Origin: Bigelowiella natans CCMP2755
Lineage: Eukaryota; Protista; Cercozoa
DNA length: 48,015 bases
Direction of reading: 5' to 3'
Assembly: GCA_000320545.1 (NCBI GenBank)
Contig: ADNK01001581.1
Location: 1-48,015 of the forward strand
Below are positions 38,962 through 48,015 of the stretch, one piece after another. Each line of letters opens with the position of its first letter. The stretch's first letter is position 1. The translations under genes and the position numbers were made by a program. The notes beneath the pieces were generated by a model that saw only the letters and a list, made by a program, of their open reading frames with translations, did no database searches and had not been told where the DNA came from.

Positions 38962-39665
38962 CAAGAATGAGACAAAGAGAAAGAGAAAGGGAGAGAGAAA
39001 TAGAGAGAGCAGACGATATATCATTTCACGAGTGTGGAAGAGGCGCGCGAAGTAAATACGGGTGAGAATGTCGCAACGAAGTACCCATTAAGCGTCTGCA
39101 TCTGCCAGATGCCTTTTGGATTCTCCTTCGCATTGTTAATATCCTAAGAGTACAAACACAAACTGCTGTTTTCTCGAGGTGTGGATGCTAAATAAGTGTT
39201 ATTATATCCATCTCTTGTGAGCTGTTAATATGAGGAGACTGGTAAACAAGCGATCCCCGTTTGATGTTTCTTCAGATAGGGAAATGGGATAGGAGGGATA
39301 ACACTAGTCTCTCGATCACATATTCTTGTGCACATAGATATACAATTGAAAGCAAATCATGGATGTTATCTATGAGGCATATCTGACGAGGCGATGTGTG
39401 TAAATGTTAGTGCGTGCGGATGCGAGTGTTGGCAATACGCACAATGTTTTAACAACTGGTGGGATCACCGTAATATGGGTTTTTAGCTTTAAATCGATTG
39501 CCCATGCTCTGTCAGGGTTGATCGGCTCGAAGGATTGTGATGAGCGATGCCATTTCAACTCTGGTGAAACCGCCGTCCTAATGCTCGATCCTTTCCGTTC
39601 CAACTCCGGCGTCTCCGTATTGCTGGTGCACAGTTCCGCAGATGAAAACATATTATATATATATA

Positions 39666-39699
<34 letters not shown>

Positions 39700-39951
39700 T
39701 CATTTATATTTATGCATTGGTGGGAAATTCGGTGCACTACCGATGCCATATTTGATGCAGAGATAAATCAACTCACAAACTTTCAAAAAGTAAATATAAA
39801 TGTAACACACACACATATATATATATTATATAGTATGTGTGTGTGTGTGTGTGTGTGTGTTTCCCGGAGCACTAAAAATAAACGCACATGTTTGTGTGTG
39901 TGTATTCGTGTGTATTGTGCACCAATCCATGTGTTTGTTCAAGTGAGAGAG

Positions 39952-39994
<43 letters not shown>

Positions 39995-40690
39995 CTACGC
40001 ATATATATCGGAAGTAAATGCGAAAAGCAGTAGGTCGCTACCTCAGTGCAGAGTTGTTTTTCCAGTGAGAAGAATGTTTTTTCTGTTTGGCGAACAGGTT
40101 TCCAGGAGACTGAAGTAGATCATAGCGGCGAAGAAACAGGCAGCATTAGTTTGTTTTCGTATGATTTTCCATGACTTTTCTACTCTAGGAATACTTTCGA
40201 GAGTAGCCGTTTGTGTACATCTGTATGCGTGGGTGGGTGCGTGTGCTTATAGTGTTGTTGCGGCTCCGGTCCTTTTGGTTTGGCAAAACTATGGTCTGTA
40301 AGGACCTTAGAAATCATGGTTGGGGTTTTTTTTTTAATTTAACGTACCGATGTTGTCGAGTCGCTCCCTAAATCCGCACCTTCATTGGAAGAGGAAAGGC
40401 ACATATCAACGTATGAAATATATCGATTCTCAGCACTTCGGTGAGTAAAAGTGTGTGTGTGTGTGTGTGTGTGTGTGGTACAAACACACACAATAAGACA
40501 CGTGCAAAAGCAATCGAAATTGCACGCATGATCCGCGTAACACCTATCACTCCTCCGCGCTCAAATATGCTTTTGAGCTCCTTCGCCTCTCTCTTGGGGT
40601 TCCCATCAGCCAGCGGAATTTCAGGTAGTAGCTGAAAAGCATTACCAACCGGTGTTTATCAATAATATGTTACATAAATACATAATATCT

Positions 40691-40730
<40 letters not shown>

Positions 40731-41414
40731 TTATATATGGGTGTACAGAATATAGTGAGTGTTTGGATATGGCTTTAAACGCACACACCCAAATGCTTGC
40801 CCCATATCCCATGCGTCCTTACCGTGAGTATTTCCTCTGTTCCTTTGTGCCATATCCGCACTAATGAACCGCCTTTCAGATATTTTTCCTGGACAATTTC
40901 ATGGCATTGAGGATATTGATATCGATAATCCGGCACAGGCAAGCAAGATGAAAAGGAGGAGAAGACGAAGAATGCGGCTTCATTTTGAATCGAACGAGTT
41001 GCGCAGAGAACTTGCGCGCTTGGTTATACAGACGAAGGTTACTCCGAAGACAAAGGCTATACCGCCCATGTGTGCACGCCGATAAACGTATAAGCGAAGG
41101 GTCTCCGGAGACGATGATATGTTGGTTTTGGTAGAAAGGAAAAGCAAATTTCTCTCGGAGCTTCATTCGTTCTCTTCTCGCTTTTCAGTTCTCCCCTCGC
41201 AAACCACACGCACAAATCCAGGGATAGACAACCTGGAGAGATATCTGATTGCGGGAGAATACTTTCGCCTTCCATAGCACACATCCTCCTGATATAGTAG
41301 AGAGAGAGCGTCAACGCTAGCATAGGAAAATTCAGACTTATCGGGTATATTAAAGTTAGAAAACCATTTGCAGCGATATATGCGTCCCATGTGCGATTAT
41401 ATATAATCAATTAA

Positions 41415-41453
<39 letters not shown>

Positions 41454-41562
41454 ACACGCACCATCGCGACTATAAATAAATGCCAGGAAACACAAGAAAC
41501 ACACACGCAAGCGCATACGTTCCCATGGACACTACTACACATATTATATTAATATTTCCATG

Positions 41563-41630
<68 letters not shown>

Positions 41631-42788
41631 TTGCATTCTTCATATTCGTTACAGGCCTTACTTTTGTTTTTCTTCGACTTGTGTACGCTTAGAATGCTGG
41701 CAAAAACGAAATGCAAGAACGAAATACAAGACACATCTCATATGCAGCACAACCAAGCCGTATTCAATCGATAGAACCCTAGTACAAGGCGATTGGGTGC
41801 GGCTGCATAGAGTAAAGGAGAGAGAGCTTCTAATGCTCCGCTCAACCGAATCATGCGAAAGCGTCTTCATTCATGAGTGGTGAGAATTTACTGTATTGCA
41901 CATATATCGTTGTTTGACCCACCCTCCTTTCTCTAGTATCCGAAGCTTTAAAGGGGTTTCTTCGTAGTCAAATCGATGGCTTAGCCTGAAACATAAGGAT
42001 AATGGTGCGAGTGCCCAGTGTCATCGTGCTGTAATAATATGTTCGTTTTAAGGGCTTATGCACGGTTAATCTTCACAAAATCCAGACTCTCTCCCATCAA
42101 TTTTCTGTATTTCTTCCTCATCCCCCCCCCCCCCCTCAGCGATACTTCTCTCGCTTCCTTGGGTACATAATGTGGCCCAAACACTGCCGATTGGGCGGCA
42201 TTACCTGACAGTTCTGGAGAGGCTTTTCCATCCTTCGTGAGCGCTACTTGCCCCATCTTTAGAGTCGGGGCTCTGCACAGCTTTCTCACTACTTTCATCG
42301 GTAACGACCTGTATTCGTTTATCAAGTCAATCGTATATCTTGGTTGATGAGGTCATGATAAGAATTACTGTCATACACATAGCTGTCATCTCCATCGCCA
42401 TCCGCATCATCATCATTATCATCATCATCATCATCAACAACAACAACAACAACAACAATGGTGGTATTGCCATCAAGACCTCGAGAGAGTAGTTGAAGTT
42501 TTGCGACCCTTGCACTTGGATCCACATGTAACTGTCACGCAATACCTACACCATGATTTCCCAGGACAGCTATCATCTCTCATCTTCACGACTTCTCTCC
42601 CCACCCCCTCCTCAGAGAAGGAGATTCACGGTAAAAGATTAGGTTTATTCTCAATTTGGTAGTCGATGATAAGCATCATTCGGGGGATATTGAGCGATGA
42701 AAAGCATGGTAGAACAATGGAGGCTTCTAGGGGATTCTATATGGTTTAAGGTGCGTTTTGTGCTTAATACAAACAACAATACTATACT

Positions 42789-42829
<41 letters not shown>

Positions 42830-43411
42830 GTATATATTATACTTTCTCCCCAGGGCTGATAAACTGATTTCCAGGAGGCATCAGACGGAATCTAACCGAG
42901 TTAAAATTGGCCGATTTAGCGAGTGTTTTATAATGTGTGTGGAAGGGTGGAACGCAGATGGGGGGACGCAATGCGCCTCGCTGATGCGAAGAATACAGCT
43001 TTTTAGCGGCTCCGGGTAGCAATTATTCGATGTATATGTCAGTGCGTGTGTGTAGTGATAATTTTCTGTTCTTTCTTTTCCTTCTCCTTCTTCTTCTTCC
43101 CAATCTTCTTCTTTTCCTCCCTCTACAACCAGGTTTCATAACGACAAAATCTCGTTTCGAAAGAAATATGCACGATATAAGTATTTAGTAGGAGGCGGGT
43201 TTAAAGGAAGTGAATCGTGAGGTTTTTCAATCGGAGTTTCGAAAATACGACAATCTTCAGATAGTTGGTACATGTAATACCGTGAGTCCGTAGCATCATT
43301 TCCAAGGCCTAGCTCCATAGATCCGGATTCCCCTGGGTTGATATCAAATATGTAGTAAGAATCTATAACCGCATCAATAAAATGGCTTCAATTCACAGTA
43401 ATATATTAACA

Positions 43412-43447
<36 letters not shown>

Positions 43448-43613
43448 CATAAATTACGTATGTGTGTGAGAGAGTTTGAGTTTGTGCGTAAATACAGGTT
43501 ATGTATATTTTAGTTTGGTGATCTCTCTTTTGCTGATTGGGAAGAGAGTGACTCGATGAGCAAGAGCAGTAGATGTTTCAGGATATTGTATACAATAATA
43601 TTATATGGTATAA

Positions 43614-43655
<42 letters not shown>

Positions 43656-44546
43656 TATCCCGTCGTCCTCTACAATACCCCCGTCCACCTATTACACCAT
43701 CATGAGACATCAACTATTATACTCATTGACAAATTCGCATTAAGATTAGTTTCAAATAAAGTAGCATCATATCATCATCATTCTCATCATCATCACCATC
43801 ATAATCAGGAATCTTGCTTACCGCTGGTGCGCTCGTGTTTTCTCCCAAAAGCACCAGGTACTTGCCGCTTTGACAATGATAAAACCGCACCTCATCACTG
43901 AATCGCACCTTTACAACAAATGCAGTTGTCAGAGTTTGGTATTCCAGTATACGATTTATCTTTTCGGATCGTCATACGAAGCACGTATTTGCTCCGAGGA
44001 TTAGAAATGTGATATAATATGCTGCTGTGTGGCCTTCGTAGATACCACGTTGCGATTGCGCTTGAAAGGGCTTTTCACTTCCCAAAGACAGCTCTCTTCG
44101 AAATGCCTGGTTGCCGCCATTACATCTTATCGTTAGGAAGGAAGTTGTGCAAGCACGATAGACGGGGAGTACAGGGATGATGTGCAATAGTAACCTTGGT
44201 CGAATCCGGCAAGCAATAACGTCTCGCTCTTGTATTCGATAAGGACGGGGGGGTGGGGAAGAGATATGTCAGATGTCAAAGAGAGAAAGATTCATTTCAA
44301 GAGGCACATATATTACTTTCATTCCGACGACGACAGAGATAAGCCTTTGATTTATTCCTTTTATACAACATCAACGTCGAATCAAATATTGGCCAATAAC
44401 TAGATCAACTACATTATTCTAGTACAGGTGCTTGTGTGTGTGTGTTCCTAGTCTCATCGTAGTCGCAACTACCGTTTGGTTTCTTCAAAAGGATACAGAA
44501 GGACTGTGTCTCCAAAGCGTAGATAGCAATCCGAGTCTGCCTCCAT
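13916..44546 (-). CDS. Inositol 1,4,5-trisphosphate receptor / ryanodine receptor superfamily intracellular channel (IP3R-like), highly divergent, dozens of exons
   Basis: IP3R landmarks occur in colinear order: MEADSDCYLRFGDTVLLY (44546-44473; cf. FLHIGDICSLY), SCLWEVKSPFKR, VRFSDEVRFYHCQSGKYLV (43908-43822), PNKLVQKQVVSMNIFK (36194-36114), LKLLTATAQGKH and RKATLLFLHEAWIHT (big exon), RIH-associated FLFRLCMG...LREMCVGPARENQ (exon starting 20945), CEVVHANKELDRVFFVKP, TM helices, LFDLSFFLIVNTILVAIITGIIIDTFAEMR, and KCFLC...HHIQVEHNMWSY. Stop at 13916. Confidence 0.9.
21090..24499 (-). CDS. Single 3,410-nt exon of the IP3R-like gene (central armadillo/regulatory region with insertions)
   Basis: Corresponds to the 1148-aa ORF. 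CAG acceptor at 24500 and GT donor at 21089 splice in phase to the exon starting at 20945 (IQRE|YLRIMKNDQE). Confidence 0.88.
25888..25956 (-). repeat. 36-bp coding tandem duplication in the IP3R-like gene
   Basis: Encodes QLPVGQHGVSSPH / QLPMGQHGAS in the open minus-strand frame. Confidence 0.75.
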
Positions 44547-44599
44547 GACAACGGCTCCGCCCCCTCACAAGAACCCTCTCAAATTGTGTCGACTCTGTT

Positions 44600-44624
44600 A
44601 CTTGAGAACTTGAGAACTTGAGAA
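44600..44624. repeat. (ACTTGAGA)x3 tandem repeat just upstream of the IP3R-like start codon
   Basis: acttgaga acttgaga acttgaga, ~55 bp 5' of the ATG at 44546. Confidence 0.85.
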
Positions 44625-44889
44625 ATGAAGCTCTGCTCTGGGGGGAGGGATGGAGTTTCAGAAAAGAATCATCAAATACTGTTATGTCTTAACATTAAAA
44701 CGGCTGCCATTTTCAGGCATTTATGGGTAGCCAAAGGAAGAAAGATAACGGAAACCGCCTTTCGGACAATATGCGGAATACACGTGGCTGCAAACAGATC
44801 TAGGACACTTGATCATGTGCGACAAGGTTTCGATGAACTAGAACTGAAGAAATGGCCTTCCATTCGTCCAGCCTAAGTCAAAGTCCATT

Positions 44890-45620
44890 TATCCTGGCTA
44901 CAGGCTATAGCCCTAGAGCAGGGCTAGAGGGCCCACCACTAGGCCGGAGGATGTGAGACAAAAACCCCTTCATATAATTTCACTTGGCGGGCTTGCCACT
45001 TGCCCAGGAAATGAACGAGTCAGCACTTCCGATGATCCTTCCAGCCTTCCAGCTAGCTGCGCCTTTGTTTCATGGGATTGCTTTGCCCGCTCTAGCGCTG
45101 TTCACCGTTTGTGCACTCGCAATGATACAAAGCTAGCAAGGCTCATCTCATCACGTTGCGCGCACCGCTTGATTTCCTCGTGTAGACGTGTGTCGTCTTG
45201 TATGCACGTTTTCAGTCAACTTCAATGGCTGAGTCGTGTCGGAACAAAGTCATCTAGCTAGCTAGTCATTCCTACATGCTAGCATGATGTGTGCATGGCG
45301 GTGGCCGGTGCGGCTCAGCCGCCGCTAATGCCAACGCCAGCTAACCGTTCCTCAGCTTCAAGCATACATGCTAGCATGCTGATGTCATTTGATAGTTACA
45401 GAGATTCTGCAATTCGCTGTGAGTTGTTCTAGCGTTTTTGCGTAGCTTGCGAGGGGTAGACTAGTAGGTCTAGCTAGCTAGAGGTGGCTGGCATTCAAGC
45501 GCACATTGCCACAGATAGAGATCCATGCAAGCTAGAAAATCATGCAAGCGATTACAATGTGCAGAGAGGAGCCGCTATTAGGATCAATTTGTCACTTGCT
45601 AGATGTGTATGCAGCTTGAC
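44890..45620. repeat. GCTAGC/GCATGC palindrome-dense tract
   Basis: ctagctagctag and catgctagcatg words downstream of the cyclophilin stop codon. Confidence 0.7.
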
Positions 45621-45735
45621 ACGAGCATAATTTTGCTTGTTTGCATCGTGGTGCCCCCACGCTTTACTGCACATACACACACACACAATACAAACTAAAT
45701 ATAATCCATTTCTAAACCTTCGTAGATTGCACTCA

Positions 45736-45910
45736 TTACTCCGACAAAACGCCACAGTCTTCGATGCGTACTTCAGCACTTGTAGACCCGTCACCAGAGC
45801 CCACCTTGACCATTTCCTCTACAACTTCGTCGTACCCTTCCAAGACTTCTCCAAACACAACGTGCCTAAATCCGATTCGCAGCAACGGTGTGTGTGCGTG
45901 TGTGTCTGTG

Positions 45911-45941
<31 letters not shown>

Positions 45942-46370
45942 TTGTGTGTCAATGAGTGTCAGTTGATATGATTAGATCCAAGAGATGATGATGACGATTA
46001 TGGCAATATCACTAATTTTGCATGGTAATTTTTCAATGAACGGATACCGTGATACACACACATGCTCCCTCCCTTTCCAGCCCTTTTATTTTCAAAACTA
46101 ATCCCCCATTCCATTGTATGCATAAACCACCTTCCGTCAAGATGTGGGGTCGGAGTAACTGTGATAAAGAATTGCGAGCCGTTAGTGCCAGGCCCAGCGT
46201 TTGCCATGGAGAGCAGCCCCTTCTTCGAGTGCTTGATCTTGAAGTTTTCATCCGCAAACTTCTCACCGTAGATTGACTCTCCCCCCTTCCCATCACCGTC
46301 CGTGAAATCGCCGCCCTGGCACCTGTGAGGAGTACAAAGAAACACACCCCCGCATTATGTACAAAATAAT

Positions 46371-46408
<38 letters not shown>

Positions 46409-47772
46409 TCGTGTGTGCGTATACATATTTATATCCTAATTTCCATCTGATTTTCTGCTCTAAGTCCTGATTTAGCAATGTGTGCTTGTAGTGTTGCTGC
46501 TGCTGTTCTCACATGAAGTCTGGGATGATCCTATGGAAGATGCTGTTTTTGTAGTGCAACGGCTTTCCCTTCGCCCCTGTCCCCTTTTCGCCGGTGCATA
46601 GAGCACGGAAATTCTCTACAGTTTTAGGAACCTTGAGATGAAAAAGAAGAAGGAGAAGTAAATGAGGAAGGAGGAGAGAATGATGAGAAGAAAACCATTG
46701 CAAAGAGTAAACTTGAGATGAGATCTTGGAACTTAAAAAGGCTGTTTGGTTCCAACAACGACCGAAGCATTGATGGTTTTTTTGGTAACGCAGCACGCAG
46801 TATATGGCATCACGTTGCGCTGTTGCTGTTTTGTTATGGGCTATGATGTATCCCATGATAAAGGCGAGGTTAAGCGACCTGTTTTCCATAAAGACCCATC
46901 ACAATCTTGCCTTTCTTCTCCTTTCCGATCGAGATATCGAAGAAGACTTTTTGCTACCAAACCAGTGGAGGAGGGGGTAGGGGTGATGCAACCTCAGTTC
47001 TCAAAAGTTGAGATAATCGGAAATTCGATATCACATTCCACGTTATCAATGAACTAAACCGATCTTAATTATCACGTTTTCATCACATGTTGGAAAACTG
47101 CATTCAGCGTCTTCTTTGCAGTTGTGAAATGGGATCTCTCTAGCTACATAGCATGGTGTGTGGTTGTGCGTGTGCGTTGCTGTATTTACGTAACGTTTAT
47201 ATACCGTGATGGTTGTGTCCGCAGGTACGTTTTCCTTGGTCAAGAAATACTCCCATTCGTCATGCTCCTAAGAAAGATGCTGTTGTTGATTCATTGGTCC
47301 TTTGGTGAATGATGGAGAAACAAAATCTAACCGAAGGAGATATAAAAATAAATTTCCCCGACGCAAAATTGGTGGAAAGCTGTATTTAGCAGTTGCTTGC
47401 ACACGTGCCTCTGAACATCTTGGGATACGGTTTATTCACGAAATGCATCGATAGGCATGCTTGGAGAGGCAAATAACTAAGGGCTATTTTGAAGAGAAAC
47501 CCACTCCCAATTATTGGAGCCAGCTCAGTTGTTTGATTTGATTTTAGACGCGGCATCTTCATCGGATTTCCCCCTCTTGATCTTAGGTACCTCTTTCTTG
47601 ACGATAAGGAGAACCAGGCAACGTTTTCCGTCAATCTTATCGAATTCCCAGGTGCTCTCCTCGTTCTGAGAGAATTGGAGTCGAAGCAATTGAATCGCAG
47701 TTTGACAAAAATATAACGAGAAATTTTGCCTTCAAAAACACAACGAACGAGAAATTTTGCCTTCACAAGGCA
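45736..47772 (-). CDS. Cyclophilin-type peptidyl-prolyl isomerase with N-terminal CS (p23/NudC-like) domain, 5'-partial
   Basis: Phase-consistent exons 47665-47591 ([25 protein letters not shown]), 47267-47205 ([21 protein letters not shown]), 46953-46879 ([10 protein letters not shown]), 46631-46513 ([17 protein letters not shown]...FHRIIPDF), 46322-46131 (CQGGDFT...[17 protein letters not shown]) and 45865-45736 (HVVFGEV...IEDCGVLSE*). The cyclophilin part is certain; the CS call is moderate. Confidence 0.92.
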
Positions 47773-47857
47773 CTACTCATCCTCGACTAATGCATATATC
47801 GATGCAGACGAAATATTAAGAGTCATGCCTCGATAATTCACTCATGCGGGCACTCGC

Positions 47858-47989
<132 letters not shown>

Positions 47990-48015
47990 GTGTGTGAGTG
48001 CGTGAGTGATAACTC

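Noticed and set aside
38132-41883. Short ORFs with IYIYIY, CVCVCV, THTHTH or SLSLSL runs (here and throughout the window)
   Set aside because: Translations of intronic microsatellites or antisense shadows of real exons.
25540-44040. GC-AG introns at 25543 and 44033
   Set aside because: In-phase canonical GT donors exist a few codons upstream in both cases, so GC donors are not required.
38250-44546. Separate gene in the microsatellite-rich 38-44.5 kb region
   Set aside because: Its exons encode the IP3R N-terminal suppressor/MIR-like motifs on the same strand and in the correct order relative to the downstream domains.
44600-44624. Relict dinoflagellate spliced leader or heat-shock element
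   Set aside because: Only CTCAAG matches the leader 3' end, and there is no alternating nGAAn/nTTCn arrangement.

Overview
Intron-rich eukaryotic (protist-like) genomic DNA with short GT-AG introns and many (TA)n/(GT)n/(CAT)n/G-run microsatellites; most short ORFs in the track are intron read-through. Manual exon stitching gives five genes. (1) The 3' part of an RGS-domain-like gene (+, to 2337). (2) An RCC1-repeat protein with a probable signal peptide (-, 3993-8478). (3) A PLAC8-type Cys-rich membrane protein (+, 9653-12280). (4) An apparently complete ~30.6-kb IP3-receptor/RyR-superfamily channel gene (-, 13916-44546). (5) A CS(p23/NudC)-domain-cyclophilin fusion (-, 45736 to beyond 47772). 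The IP3R-like channel is the most unusual feature: its GGG(I/V)GD selectivity filter is replaced by GFRNTPTF, several IP3-binding residues appear lost, it carries large insertions including an ectopic TM-like helix, and it has one 3.4-kb exon among dozens of tiny ones. In non-coding DNA, GCTAGC/GCATGC palindrome-dense tracts sit behind gene 3' ends, and many introns carry mutually complementary repeats. All homologies are recognised from memory, not from searches, and many internal exon boundaries are tentative.
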